From: an uncultured Acidimicrobiia bacterium
GTDB taxonomy: Bacteria > Actinomycetota > Acidimicrobiia > Spongiisociales > UBA5794
Assembly: GCA_963714055.1 (NCBI GenBank)
Contig: OY970227.1
Location: forward strand, 20,829 to 84,828
Reading direction: 5' to 3'
Length of the DNA: 64,000 bases
The notes beneath the pieces were generated by a model that saw only the letters and a list, made by a program, of their open reading frames with translations, did no database searches and was not told the origin of the DNA. Shown in pieces: positions 1 to 10,199 of this stretch. Both the position numbers and the translations under genes were made by a program. Each line of letters begins with the position of its first letter. Positions within the stretch are counted from its first letter, which is position 1.

Positions 1-106
1 CGTTGGCCTCGAGGACGAGGACGTCGAGGCCGTGGCGGGCGAGCACGACGGCGGCGACCAGGCCGTTGTGGCCGGCACCGACGACGACTACGTCGTGGCG
101 ATCCAC
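1..106 (-). CDS. FAD/NAD(P)-binding oxidoreductase (CrtI/phytoene-desaturase-like). Only the 5' end is present; the gene continues off the left edge.
   Basis: GTG at 106. The reverse translation VDRHDVVVVGAGHNGLVAAVVLARHGLDVLVLEAN is a classic Rossmann GxGxxG N-terminus. It overlaps the upstream gene end by 19 nt. Confidence 0.5.
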   Translation of the reverse strand, partial: MDRHDVVVVGAGHNGLVAAVVLARHGLDVLVLEAN

Positions 107-1464
107 GAGAAACCCTTGTCGACCAATCCGGAGGCGACGGCGAGCTCGACGGCGAGCGGCCGGCACCGTTCGATCTGCTCCCGCTCGTCGAGACGGGTGA
201 GCGTCCCGTCGGCGACGAGCTGGGCGCCCTCGACCCACACGTCGCTGACCGTCCGCGGAGAGGAGGCGTACACCAGCTGTTGGTAGGGGTCGTGGATGGC
301 GGCGAGCTCGACGGTGCCGCCGAACAGCACGACGTCGGCGCGCTTGCCCGGTTCGAGCGAGCCGATGCGGTCGTCGAGGCCCAGGGCGGTGGCGCCTCCG
401 ATGGTGGCCATCTCGAGAGCGTCCCGTGCCGAGATGACGTTTGGGTCGGTGTGGTGGACCTTCTGGAGGAGGGCGGCCATCTTGGTGGCCTCGAGCATGT
501 TCTGGCTGTCGTTGGACGCCGCCCCGTCGGTTCCCAACCCGACGCTGAGCCCCGCCGCCCGCAGCCGGGGGACGGGGCACACTCCGGAACCGAGGATCAT
601 GTTGGCGACCGGGTTGTGGGCCACCGCCACCTCGTGCTCGACGAGGCGGCCGATGTCGGCCTCGGTGACCCAGACGACGTGGGCCCCGACCACGGCGACG
701 TCGAACAGGCCGATGTGCTCGGCATGCTCAACGGTGCGACGACCCCAGCGTCCCGAGGCGGCGACGATCTCCTCGCGCACCTCGGCCAGGTGGGTGTGCA
801 CCGCCCACCCCCGGAGCCGGCACCGATCGATCCCGGCCTCGAGCAGCTCGTCGGTCTGGCCGAGAACGGTGCCGATGCCATAGCGGAAATCCACCAGTGG
901 GGAGGCGCCGGCGGCGGCGGCCAGGTCGTCGTGCTCGGCCAGGATCTCGGCGACGGTCAGCGGCTCCATGTCGGTCGGGCCGTCCAGGCCGTTCTCGGCA
1001 CCGAACGACACCACCCCGCGCAGCCCGGCGCGCTCCAGCCCGGCCACCACCCCCAGCGAGGCACGCGATCCGGGTGAGGAGTGGCAGAACATGTCGTTGA
1101 CGGTGGTCACGCCGCTGTGCAGCAGCTCGATCGCCTTCAGGACGGTGCCCTCTTCCGCCATCTCCGCGGTCAGCCGTTCGCCGACCGGGGTGACGATCCG
1201 GCTGCCCCACTCGAAGAGGGTGAGCTCCGATCCCATCCCAGGGATCAACGCCTCGGAGAGGTGGGCGTGGGCGTTCACCAGCCCTGGGGTGACGATCCCG
1301 GTCCCGTCGCCGACGACGGCGGCCTCGGGGTGCCTCGCCCGCAGCTCCGGGTAAGGGCCGACGGCGATGATCAGGTCACCGTCGAGCAGCACCGCCCCGT
1401 CGGCGATGTCGCCGGCCGCCCCCATGGTGAGGACCCAGGCGCCGCGGACGAGCACTCCGGTCAT
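88..1464 (-). CDS. Amidohydrolase-superfamily deaminase/chlorohydrolase-like enzyme
   Basis: ORF 88..1965 trimmed to ATG 1464 (MTGVLVRGAWVL...). The 167 codons upstream are Arg/Pro-rich off-frame noise. HxH metal motif GLVNAHAHLSE. ATGA overlap with the upstream stop at 1461-1464. Confidence 0.85.
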   Translation of the reverse strand: MTGVLVRGAWVLTMGAAGDIADGAVLLDGDLIIAVGPYPELRARHPEAAVVGDGTGIVTPGLVNAHAHLSEALIPGMGSELTLFEWGSRIVTPVGERLTAEMAEEGTVLKAIELLHSGVTTVNDMFCHSSPGSRASLGVVAGLERAGLRGVVSFGAENGLDGPTDMEPLTVAEILAEHDDLAAAAGASPLVDFRYGIGTVLGQTDELLEAGIDRCRLRGWAVHTHLAEVREEIVAASGRWGRRTVEHAEHIGLFDVAVVGAHVVWVTEADIGRLVEHEVAVAHNPVANMILGSGVCPVPRLRAAGLSVGLGTDGAASNDSQNMLEATKMAALLQKVHHTDPNVISARDALEMATIGGATALGLDDRIGSLEPGKRADVVLFGGTVELAAIHDPYQQLVYASSPRTVSDVWVEGAQLVADGTLTRLDEREQIERCRPLAVELAVASGLVDKGFSWIATT

Positions 1465-2718
1465 GACGGTCGACCCTGGTCGGCCAGTGCGCCCCGCAAC
1501 GCACCGATCAATACGTCGATCTCGCCCTGCTCGACGATCAGCGGCGGGGCGATCCGGATGGTGCCGCTCGAGTTGAGCATCGAGCCGACGATGACGCCGC
1601 GGTCGGCGAGCAGGTCCACCAGCGGTTGGGCCAGCTCGTCGGGGGCGATGTCGACGGCGTACCACAGCCCGATGCCGCGGATGTCGGTCACCCGGTCGGG
1701 GAACTGGTGGCGCACCGACTCCAGCTTGCGGCGCAGGTAGTCGCCCATCTCCCGCCCCCGCTCGATGAGCCCCTCGGACTCGATTACGTCGAAGGCGGCC
1801 ACCGCGGCGGCGCAGGCGACCGGGTTGCCGCCGAAGGTGGTGAGGTGGGAGAGCGGCGGGTCGAGGAAGGTGTCGAAGATGGCCCGGCTGGAGAGAATCG
1901 CCCCGAGCGGGAGCCCGCCACCGAATGCCTTGGCCAGGGTGACGATGTCGGGCACGACGTCCCACTGCTGGAACGAGAACCAGTGCCCGGCGCGGCCCAT
2001 GGCGCCCTGGATCTCATCGGCGATGAGCAGCACCCCGCGTTCCGTGCACAGCCGTCGCAACCCGGGGAGGAACTCGTCGGACGGGATCCGGACCCCGCCT
2101 TCGCCCTGGATCGGTTCGACGATCACCGCCGCCACCGTGTTCGTCCACGGCGGCGTCGACGGCGGCGAGGTCGTCGAAGGGCACGAACCGCACCCCCTCC
2201 AGCAGCGGCTCGAACGGCTTGCGGTACTCGTCCTTCCAGCTCACCGACAGCGACCCGAAGGTGCGACCGTGGAATCCCCGCTCGAAGGCGACGAACCCCG
2301 GCCTCCCGGTGTGCTTGCGGGCCAGCTTGAGGGCCCCCTCGTTGGCCTCGGTCCCCGTGCTGGTGAGGAAGGCGACGTCGAGGTCACCGGGGGCAACCCG
2401 TGCCAGACGCTCCGCTATCTCGACCTGCCCGGGCACCACGAAACGCCCGTAGACGTTGACGTGGGCGTACTTGCCCATCTGCTCACGCACCGCGGCGACG
2501 ACCTTGGGATGGGAGTGGCCCACGTTGGACACGGCGATCCCGGAGATCATGTCGAGGTAGAGCCGGCCGTCGGCCATCTTCAGCGTGCAGCCCGACGCCT
2601 CGGCGACCACCAGCTCCTTGCGGCCAGGGATGGTCTGGGAGAGATGGGCGACGAACCCGTCGCGGAGCGCCTCGATGGCCTCGGCGGAGTGGGTCGGAGT
2701 CGTGGTGAGCCGGGTCAT
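1461..2718 (-). pseudogene. Class III PLP-dependent aminotransferase (omega-amino acid/acetylornithine type), interrupted by one frameshift as assembled
   Basis: The N-terminal part runs from ATG 2718 (MTRLTTTPTH...AVDAAVDE) in the frame of ORF 2014..3975. The C-terminal part (TVAAVIVEPIQGEGG...IAPPLIV) is in the frame of ORF 1461..2135. The frames join at about 2136-2146 if one nt is removed. Confidence 0.85.
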
Positions 2719-2726
2719 CGCGCCCC

Positions 2727-3557
2727 TCAACCGTTGTCCCGGTCGAGGTGGTACCAGGGGATGGTGAGGCGCTCCAGCAGGACGATGAGCCCGAAGAAGC
2801 CGACCCCGAGCACCGACAGGGTGAAGATGATGGCGAACACCGCGTCGGTGTTCACCGCCCGGTTCTCCAGCAGTAGCAGGTACCCGAGGCCACCGCGCGC
2901 CCCCACCCACTCGCCGAAGACGGCGCCGAGGACGCTGAAGGTGGCGGCCACCTTGGCCCCGGTGAAGACGTAGGGCAGCGCCACCGGGATCCTGACCTCG
3001 CGGAAGATCCTGCCCTTGCCCGCCCCGAACGAGCGCACCAGCTTCACCATCTCGGGATCGACCGATCGCAGCCCGTCGGCGGTCGCCACCGCCACCGGGA
3101 AGAACACGATGAGAGCCACCACGATCACCTTGGGGAGGAGGCTGAACCCGAACCAGATGACCAGCACCGCGGCCACGGCCGGGATCGGGATCGTCTGGCT
3201 GACGATCAGCCAGGGGTAGACGGCGGAGCGCACCGTCGTGGAGTAGGTGAGCAGGATCCCGAGGGCGACGCCCACCATGGTGCCGGCGACGAACCCGAGG
3301 ACCATCTCGAGGAGGGTGATGGCGGCGTTGCGCAGGATCTCCGCCGGGTCGGCGAAGAAGGCGGCGATCACGTCGGAGGGCGCCGGGAACAGCCGCTCGT
3401 CGGCGTCGAACACGATCGTGGCCAGCTCCCAGGCGACGACGACGAGCAGCCCGAAGACGACCGCCGGGACGAGCCGGCGCAGGGCGGTGGCCCCGCGTCC
3501 AGGTGCGTCTGGCTCGGGGGCGAGCAGCTCGAGCTCGGGTCGGGTCTCGGGAGTCAT
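2727..3557 (-). CDS. ABC transporter permease, NitT/TauT (nitrate/sulfonate/taurine-like) family
   Basis: 276-aa ORF with about 6 hydrophobic helices and a typical family core (LPKVIVVALIVFFPV...GAGKGRIFREVRIPVALPY). Start overlaps the ATPase stop (ATGA, 3554-3557). Confidence 0.9.
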   Translation of the reverse strand: MTPETRPELELLAPEPDAPGRGATALRRLVPAVVFGLLVVVAWELATIVFDADERLFPAPSDVIAAFFADPAEILRNAAITLLEMVLGFVAGTMVGVALGILLTYSTTVRSAVYPWLIVSQTIPIPAVAAVLVIWFGFSLLPKVIVVALIVFFPVAVATADGLRSVDPEMVKLVRSFGAGKGRIFREVRIPVALPYVFTGAKVAATFSVLGAVFGEWVGARGGLGYLLLLENRAVNTDAVFAIIFTLSVLGVGFFGLIVLLERLTIPWYHLDRDNG

Positions 3558-4330
3558 GCCGGCGCCTCATCCGGGTGGATGTGGGCGAGCGCCCGCCGCT
3601 TGAGGTCGGCGAACTCGGGGGCGAGAACCACCTCGTACGGCCGGGGGCGGGGGAGCACAACGTCGATGACGGTGGCGACCGCGGCGGGTCGGGAGCTGAG
3701 CACGTACACCCGGTCGGAGAGGCGGATCGCCTCGTCGACGTCGTGGGTGATGAACAGCACGGCGGCGGCGCTCTCCTGCCAGATGTCGAGCAGCCACGCC
3801 TGCATCTGGAGGCGGGTGAGGGAGTCGAGCGCCCCGAACGGCTCGTCGAGCAGCAGGATGTCGTCGCCGGAGAGGAAGGTCCGTGCCAGGGCGGCGCGCT
3901 GGCGCATGCCCCCCGACAGCTGACTGGGATAGTGGTCGACGAACTCGGCGAGCCCGAACCGTCCCAGGATCTCAATCGCTTGCCGCCGGGCCTCCCGGCG
4001 GGGCGTGCCCTTCACCACCCGACCCAAGGCCACGTTGTCGGCGACCTTCTTCCACGGCATCAGCAGGTCGCGCTGCGGCATGTAGCCGCTCCGTCCCAGC
4101 CTTTCCGGGCTGCCGTCGATGTGCACGATCCCCTCGGAGGGCTCGTCCAGCCCGGCGATGATGTTGAACAGCGTCGACTTCCCGCACCCGCTGGGGCCGA
4201 GCACGCTGACGAACTCGTGGCGGCCCACGGCGATGTCGACCCGGTCGAGCACCGGCATCGTGCGCCCGCCCCGGCCGAACGCCTTGGACACACCTCGGGC
4301 ATCGATCCGGGGGAGTAATTGGTCGATCAT
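3554..4330 (-). CDS. ABC transporter ATP-binding protein (NitT/TauT family)
   Basis: ORF 3554..4948 trimmed to ATG 4330 (MIDQLLPRIDARGVSKAF). Walker A GPSGCGKST, signature LSGGMRQR, Walker B ILLLDEP. Confidence 0.9.
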   Translation of the reverse strand: MIDQLLPRIDARGVSKAFGRGGRTMPVLDRVDIAVGRHEFVSVLGPSGCGKSTLFNIIAGLDEPSEGIVHIDGSPERLGRSGYMPQRDLLMPWKKVADNVALGRVVKGTPRREARRQAIEILGRFGLAEFVDHYPSQLSGGMRQRAALARTFLSGDDILLLDEPFGALDSLTRLQMQAWLLDIWQESAAAVLFITHDVDEAIRLSDRVYVLSSRPAAVATVIDVVLPRPRPYEVVLAPEFADLKRRALAHIHPDEAPA

Positions 4331-4394
4331 GGTCCTGTCCGCCGGACCGGAGAGCCGACGTCGGTGTCGACCCTCCAGCCCGACCTGGTGATCG

Positions 4395-5510
4395 TCACGG
4401 CATGAATTGGGTGGTGAGCAGGCCCTCGGGCTTCGACTCCAGGATCCCCTCGCCGGTGGCCCACTCCAGGTATTCGTCGAAGGCGGCCTCGTCGAGCGTT
4501 CCGAAGTTGCCGTCGGCCCCGAGGAAGTAGGGCTCGACATTGGCGAACTCCGCAGAGGCGAACTCCACGTCGATGCCGTCGGCGTTGTCGGAGAGGTTCT
4601 GCACGGCGGCGTCGGGGTCGTCGAGGGCGAAGGCGTAGCCGCGGGCGACGGCGTCGTAGAAGGCCTGCAGCATCTCGCCCTCTTCGGCGACCCTGGTCTC
4701 GGAGGCGAAGAACACCAGCTCCGGGTAGGGCGGAGCCCCGAACTCGTCGGCGCGCCACACCACCGGGGTCTCTCCCTCGAGCTCGAGCACCACCGCCTCG
4801 GCGCTCCAGAACCCGATGGCGGCGTCCACCGTCTGGCCGATGAGGTTGCCGACGGCATCGAACCCGATGGTGATGAACTCCACCGAGTCCGGGTCGACTC
4901 CGGACGACTCCAAGATGAACCGGGCGATCGCCTCGTCCGAGGGGACACCGGTGACGCCGATGGTTGAGTCGGCGAGCTCCGACGGGTCGGTGACGCCGAT
5001 GGCTTCGGTCGACATCAGTGCGCCGAGCGGGACCTGCTCCAGCGCCATGAAGACCTGGATCTCCTCGCCCTGGGCGCGCAGCGACGCCACGTCGGCCACC
5101 GGGGCGATGCCGATGGTGGCCTGGTCGGCGACGACCAGCCGGAGGGTGTCGGCCGACGACGTGGGCGGCTGGATGTCCACGTTCAGGTTCGCCTCCTCGA
5201 AGTAGCCCTCGGCGAGGGCTGAGTAGATCCCGGCGTGGATCCCCCCGGGGACGAAGTCGAGGATCAGCGAGATGTCGGTCATCTCGGGCATGACGGCGAA
5301 CTCGTCGCCACCGGCCGTTGTGGAGGTTGCTCCACCGACCGTGGTGGATGTTCCCCCACTCGCCGCCGGCGCCGTGGTGGACGCTCCGGCTGCCGCCGTC
5401 GTCACCGCCGCTTCGGTGGTCGCCGTGTCGTCGTCGTCGCCGCCGCAGGCGGCGACGAGAAGGGTGAGGGCTCCGAGGAGCCCGACGAGCTTGATCAGCC
5501 TCGGATTCAT
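4395..5510 (-). CDS. ABC transporter substrate-binding lipoprotein, NMT1/THI5-like
   Basis: 371-aa ORF with signal peptide and lipobox LLVAACGGDDDD, a Thr/Ala-rich linker, then an NMT1-like periplasmic binding fold (LILDFVPGGIHAGIYSALAEGYF). Confidence 0.85.
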   Translation of the reverse strand: MNPRLIKLVGLLGALTLLVAACGGDDDDTATTEAAVTTAAAGASTTAPAASGGTSTTVGGATSTTAGGDEFAVMPEMTDISLILDFVPGGIHAGIYSALAEGYFEEANLNVDIQPPTSSADTLRLVVADQATIGIAPVADVASLRAQGEEIQVFMALEQVPLGALMSTEAIGVTDPSELADSTIGVTGVPSDEAIARFILESSGVDPDSVEFITIGFDAVGNLIGQTVDAAIGFWSAEAVVLELEGETPVVWRADEFGAPPYPELVFFASETRVAEEGEMLQAFYDAVARGYAFALDDPDAAVQNLSDNADGIDVEFASAEFANVEPYFLGADGNFGTLDEAAFDEYLEWATGEGILESKPEGLLTTQFMP

Positions 5511-5526
5511 GTGCTCTCCTTGTCGG

Positions 5527-6196
5527 TCACGGTGTCGTGGTGTCGCCGAAGCGGGCTTCGAACCAGTTGACGGCTCGGGTCAGCTCGGGGTCGGTGTGCT
5601 CGAGGCGCCGCGCCCAGGTCGAGGCGTCGCCGGGCGGCGCCGCCGTCGACCGGGTGGCGACCCGGGCGCGTTCTTCCAGGAAGTACAGACGGGTGGCCGC
5701 CTCGACAGGGTCTCGTCCCACGGCGAGCGCCCCGTTGGCGCGGAGGATCAGCGAGGCGGCGCTCCCGAGTGCACCGGCCACCTTCGCCGCTCGATCGGGA
5801 GTCGTCACCAACTCCATGTCGTCGTGGACCCGGACGGGGTGGCCGGCGAGCGCACCGAGGCCGTGGAGCAGGGGGAGGTCGTCGTCACCGATTCCCCAAT
5901 CGACGACGTAGGGCGGATGGCCCCGGCAGATGCCGCCCACGTCGGGTCGGGCGGCGTACACCGCGGCATGGAGCGGGGTTTCCAGCGGCGCCAGGTCGAC
6001 GGGTCCCCCCGCCGGGCCCGTCTCCAGGTCGACGATCGACGACGCTCTCGGCGGTGGCGCCGAGCATCGGCGCCACGCTGGTGATGGCGAACCCGGATGC
6101 GGTGCGGGCGGACACGTGCCCGAACGCCTCGACGAGACCGGCTCGCGACAGCATCCGGGCTACCCGGGCCACCTCGGTGCGGACGTCCTCGGTCAC
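5527..6196 (-). pseudogene. Class II aldolase/adducin-family protein, one frameshift as assembled
   Basis: GTG 6196 overlaps the ALDH stop (GTGA). The N-terminal part VTEDVRTEVARVARMLSRAGLVEAFGHVSART...AESVV is in the frame of ORF 5885..7219. The C-terminal part IVDLETGPAGGPVDLAPLETPLHAAVYAARPDVGGICRGHPPYVV... is in the frame of ORF 5527..5961. The junction is at about 6028-6043. Confidence 0.8.
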
Positions 6197-7668
6197 GATC
6201 CGAAGACCGCTACCGCAGGAGGGCGCACCCCGCGGATGGCGATGAACCGGGTCCGGGTCATCTCCTCGTAGGTGTAGCCGATCCCCTCGCGACCGGTGCC
6301 TGCCAGCCCGACACCGCCGAACGGGACAACCGGGGGCCGGTAGTTGTTGGTGCCGTTGACGACGACGCCGCCCACCTCGAGGCGCGAGGCGATCGCCATC
6401 GCCCGGCCGATGTCGGCGGTGTAGACCGCCGCCGTCAGCCCGAGTCGGGACCGGTTGACCGTCTCCACCGCCTCGTCGTCCGAGGAGACCGGGATCACCG
6501 GCACCACCGGTCCGAAGATCTCGTCGTCGGCGGCCACTGCGGCGGTGGTGGGGACGGCGCCGACGACGGTGGGCGCGAACCACGGACCGTCCGCGTCGCC
6601 GGAGCCGAGGACGAGATTTCCCCCTTCCGACACGATGCGCCGCACCTGGGAAGCGACCCGATCGGCGCTGGGAGCGTCGATCAGCGGGCCGAGATCTGAG
6701 GTCGGGTCGACCGGGTCGCCCATGGCAACGCCGCCCAGCGCCGACTCGAGCCGTTCGGTGACCTCGCCGACGACGGTGTGGTGGACGACCAGGCGCTTGG
6801 TGGCGGCGCACGCCTGGCCGTTCATCAGGAGACGACCACGCAGCGTCTCGGCGATCACCAGGTCGAGGTCGGCGTCGGCAAGCACGATCGAGGCGCCGTT
6901 CCCGCCGAGCTCGAGGTGGAGGGGACGCAGGAGATGAGCGGTGGCGGTGGCGACCGCAACCCCGGCGCCCACGCTCCCGGTCAGCGACACCGCGTCGACA
7001 CCCGGGGCGGCACACAGCGCGGCGCTGAGCTCCGTGGCCCCGGGCGCCACCTGGAGCACACCATCGGGCAAGCCGGCGCGCCGGACGAGCTCGGCGGTGC
7101 GGACCGCGGCCAGCGGGTTCTGCGGTGGTGGCTTGAGGATCACCACGTTCCCGGCCGCAAGCGCGGCGGCCGCCTTCTCCACGGTGAGCTCCACCGGGAA
7201 GTTGAACGGGATGACGCACACCACCACGCCGAGGGGGACCCGCTCGACGATGGTCAGGTCGCGTTCCCCGCCGGGCAACGCCCCGGTGGGGGCGAGGTAG
7301 CCGGCATCGAACCGCCCGACGCCGGCGTTGGCGCGCAGCAGTGAGGCGGCTCCGGTCACCTCCTTGCGTGCCTGGGCGATCACCTTGCCGGACTCGCGGG
7401 CGTGGAGCATGGCCAGATCTTCTGCTTCGGAGTCGACCAGGCCGGCGGCACGCTCCAGCAGCGTCGCCCGCTCGTGGGGGGCGGTGCGCGACCAGGAGGC
7501 GAACGCGACGCGGGCGGTGGCGATCAGGTCGGGCACCTGTGCCGGCTCGACGGTCTCGACCGCGCCGACGGGTGCGCCGTCGGCTGGGGCGAACACGGTG
7601 TGGGGGTTGCCGCTCAGGGCTCGCTCCGTACCCGCAGCATCATCGATGTCGGGTTGAAGTCGTTGCAC
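6193..7668 (-). CDS. NAD(P)-dependent aldehyde dehydrogenase
   Basis: 491-aa ORF with ELGGN and GQACAATKR (catalytic Cys) motifs. The start is uncertain: GTG 7668 overlaps the upstream gene by 55 nt, and an in-frame GTG about 69 nt downstream is an alternative. Confidence 0.85.
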   Translation of the reverse strand: MQRLQPDIDDAAGTERALSGNPHTVFAPADGAPVGAVETVEPAQVPDLIATARVAFASWSRTAPHERATLLERAAGLVDSEAEDLAMLHARESGKVIAQARKEVTGAASLLRANAGVGRFDAGYLAPTGALPGGERDLTIVERVPLGVVVCVIPFNFPVELTVEKAAAALAAGNVVILKPPPQNPLAAVRTAELVRRAGLPDGVLQVAPGATELSAALCAAPGVDAVSLTGSVGAGVAVATATAHLLRPLHLELGGNGASIVLADADLDLVIAETLRGRLLMNGQACAATKRLVVHHTVVGEVTERLESALGGVAMGDPVDPTSDLGPLIDAPSADRVASQVRRIVSEGGNLVLGSGDADGPWFAPTVVGAVPTTAAVAADDEIFGPVVPVIPVSSDDEAVETVNRSRLGLTAAVYTADIGRAMAIASRLEVGGVVVNGTNNYRPPVVPFGGVGLAGTGREGIGYTYEEMTRTRFIAIRGVRPPAVAVFGS

Positions 7669-8216
7669 GGGGTGAGGTCCTGGGGACAGGCGGAGAGGAG
7701 CGCCACCACGTCGTGGTGGGCCCGCAGGGTGATGGTCGAGCCGGCGCCATGGGCCGCCCGGTCGGTGACCACACCGAGGTCGTCGGTCACCCTGTTGTGC
7801 ATGAACACGTTCCAGGCCATCTCGCCGTGGACCTCGAAGTCGACACCGAGCAGGTCACGGGCCTGCTCCAGGTTGCCCAGGCAGTGGGGATGATCGGGGA
7901 GCCCGTAGTCACGCTGGTAGCGCTCGTGGTCGCAGCAGGGGACGACGATGTCGTGGCGTTCCACGTCGTCCCGCACGATGGTGAAGACGGGGTTGCGGCG
8001 GTTGGTGAACACCACCGAGCCTGTGTGCAGTCCGATCGAGGCGTTGCAGGACGCGGTGTGGGTGGGCGACAGGTACTCGGCGGGATCGTCCTCGAACCAG
8101 GCGACCAGGTCGCCCACCTGGTGGCCCTCCAAGTCGACGATGTCGAGCAGCTGGCCCTCACCGACGCGGACACCTCGTCCCTCTCGGGCGGGGACGACGA
8201 TCTCGGCAAGGCTCAT
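7614..8216 (-). CDS. DUF1989 (urea-carboxylase-associated) family protein
   Basis: 200-aa ORF starting at an ATG preceded by AAGGAG. The sequence pattern (DLVAWFEDDP, CCDHERYQRDYG, HPHCLGNL, ACPQD) matches the DUF1989 family as I recall it. Confidence 0.75.
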   Translation of the reverse strand: MSLAEIVVPAREGRGVRVGEGQLLDIVDLEGHQVGDLVAWFEDDPAEYLSPTHTASCNASIGLHTGSVVFTNRRNPVFTIVRDDVERHDIVVPCCDHERYQRDYGLPDHPHCLGNLEQARDLLGVDFEVHGEMAWNVFMHNRVTDDLGVVTDRAAHGAGSTITLRAHHDVVALLSACPQDLTPCNDFNPTSMMLRVRSEP

Positions 8217-8228
8217 TCCTCGGCTCCT

Positions 8229-9416
8229 TCAGACGTGTGACGAGCCGGGAGGCTCGTCGATCGGGGGGTCGACGTCGACCTGGCGGGCGGCGGCGGGGGT
8301 GTTGCGGCTGCGCAGCGCCCGGATCACACCGTCGATCATCACACAGGAGATCCCGGGGATGTCACCCCGGGCGAGCGCTCCGAGGGCGTTGTCGGCCTCG
8401 CTGCCCCACGGGGCGTCGAGCACGACCAGGTCGGCGGGAGATCCTTCCCTGACGATCCCGGCGTCGAGGTCGTAGACGGCGGCGACGTTCCCGGTCGCCC
8501 AGCACCACACCCGCTCGGGGGCCACGCCACCCAGCGACGCCATCTCGGCCACCGTCTTGAGGACACCGAGCGGCATCACCCCGGTCCCGGTGGGTGTGTC
8601 CGAGCCGATGATGACCCGCTTCTCGGCGTCGATCTCTCGGACGATGGTGACGATGTCGATGGCGGATCTCAGGTTGCCGGCCTGGACCAGTTGGAGGATC
8701 AGGTCGGTCTCCCGGATGATCCGCTCGACGCCTCCGGCGTCGAGCGACGTCGGTCCGCCGTTGATGTGACCGCACACGTCGGGGGCGAGCAGCATCAGGT
8801 GCTCTGCGGTGATCGGCTTCGACCCGGGGATGGAGGCCCCGCCCGAGTGGCACATCACCACGATGCCCGCCTCCTGGGCGGCCCTGACCTGAGGTAACCC
8901 GTCGGCAGGATCGTGATAGAGGCCGAACCCGAACTTGGCCAGCCGGACCCCCTCGCCCGCCAGTTGACGGAAGTCGTCGGGGGACAGGGTGGGCTCGAGG
9001 ACCACGGCGCCCCCGTTCACCTTCATACCGTTGGGCCGGTAGGTCGACCACGACCGCTGGGCGAGAATGGCCAGCGCCTTGACACCTTCGGCGTCGTGGG
9101 GGCGTCCGGGGGCGTGGATCTCGCCGGGAGAGATCACCTGGGTGATGCCGCCGTGCACGTACGACGCCAGGAACCCGATGGTGTTCTGACGTGGGGTGTA
9201 GTCGCCGAGGACGACGTGGCAATGGCTGTCGATGAGCCCTGGGGCGACGGTGGCACCGCCCACGTCGACGATCCGCTCGGCGCCGCTGACGCCGCCGATC
9301 CGGGTGATCCGCCCGCCTTCGATCAGGATGCTGTCGGCGTCGATGAACGGTGAGTCGAGGTCGCCGCTGAGCAGGGTCCCGATGCCGACCAGCGCGGTGG
9401 AGGACGGCTCAGGCAT
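8229..9416 (-). CDS. Amidohydrolase-family protein (enamidase-like)
   Basis: 395-aa ORF with HxH motif GLIDSHCHVVLG, later MCHSGG and GSDTP ligand-type motifs. Its size and layout resemble the enamidase/imidazolonepropionase-like branch. Confidence 0.8.
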   Translation of the reverse strand: MPEPSSTALVGIGTLLSGDLDSPFIDADSILIEGGRITRIGGVSGAERIVDVGGATVAPGLIDSHCHVVLGDYTPRQNTIGFLASYVHGGITQVISPGEIHAPGRPHDAEGVKALAILAQRSWSTYRPNGMKVNGGAVVLEPTLSPDDFRQLAGEGVRLAKFGFGLYHDPADGLPQVRAAQEAGIVVMCHSGGASIPGSKPITAEHLMLLAPDVCGHINGGPTSLDAGGVERIIRETDLILQLVQAGNLRSAIDIVTIVREIDAEKRVIIGSDTPTGTGVMPLGVLKTVAEMASLGGVAPERVWCWATGNVAAVYDLDAGIVREGSPADLVVLDAPWGSEADNALGALARGDIPGISCVMIDGVIRALRSRNTPAAARQVDVDPPIDEPPGSSHV

Positions 9417-9452
9417 CTGCTCAGTCCCGCCGGCTCGTCGCCGCGATCAGGA

Positions 9453-10196
9453 TCACGTCGTCGCCCGCGCCGCCGGCGGCCAGGTCTCGTCGAACAGCCC
9501 CGGCTCGAGGCCGTCGAGATAGCCGACGACGTCGTCGGTGTCGGTGACGTCGACGTACTTCATGTGGAGGTCCATCAGGGCCACCTTGTGGGACAGCATC
9601 GACCGGTCGAACGTGGCCTCGTGGGGGATCGTCACCCGCACGTCGTAGGACAAGGCGTCGACCGCGGTGGCGCGGACGCACCCGCTGGTGGTCGACCCGG
9701 TCACGATCAGCGAGTCGGCCCGCAGGTTGGTGATGTGGCTCATCAGCGGGGTACCGAAGAACGCCGACGGCTTCCGCTTCTCGATGAACAGGTCGCCGGG
9801 CAGTGGCGCCACCTCGTCGACGATGTCGTTGCCGCGGTGTCCCATTACGTCGACGTCGTCCTCTGCCCTGTGGCTCTTCAGCGACCAGATGCCGAGGTCG
9901 AAGCCGTCCTCACGGCGGGGATTGGTCGTGTAGATGATCGGCAGGCGCTTCCGCCGGGCCGCTTCGAGGATGCGGGCGATGGCAGGGATCCCCGTCGTCC
10001 AGGCGACCTCACCGCACGAGTACCGCCACCGCTTGATCGACTCGAGGATCGGTTCGGCCCGGTCGCCGCAGAAGTTGTAGTTGACGTCGATGACCATGAT
10101 CGCCGGGCGTTCGCCGAACCCGGCACGTCGCCCCCAACCGGCGGCCTCGAACACGGCCCGGTCGGTGTCGCCGAGGACGTCGTCCCAGACGGCCAC
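9453..10196 (-). CDS. Isochorismatase-family cysteine hydrolase (amidase type, e.g. N-carbamoylsarcosine amidase / maleamate amidohydrolase-like)
   Basis: 247-aa ORF with IMVIDVNYNF (Asp), a KPSAFFGT-type Lys region, and the catalytic Cys in TGSTTSGCVRATAVDA. Confidence 0.85.
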   Translation of the reverse strand: MAVWDDVLGDTDRAVFEAAGWGRRAGFGERPAIMVIDVNYNFCGDRAEPILESIKRWRYSCGEVAWTTGIPAIARILEAARRKRLPIIYTTNPRREDGFDLGIWSLKSHRAEDDVDVMGHRGNDIVDEVAPLPGDLFIEKRKPSAFFGTPLMSHITNLRADSLIVTGSTTSGCVRATAVDALSYDVRVTIPHEATFDRSMLSHKVALMDLHMKYVDVTDTDDVVGYLDGLEPGLFDETWPPAARATT

Positions 10197-10199
10197 GGC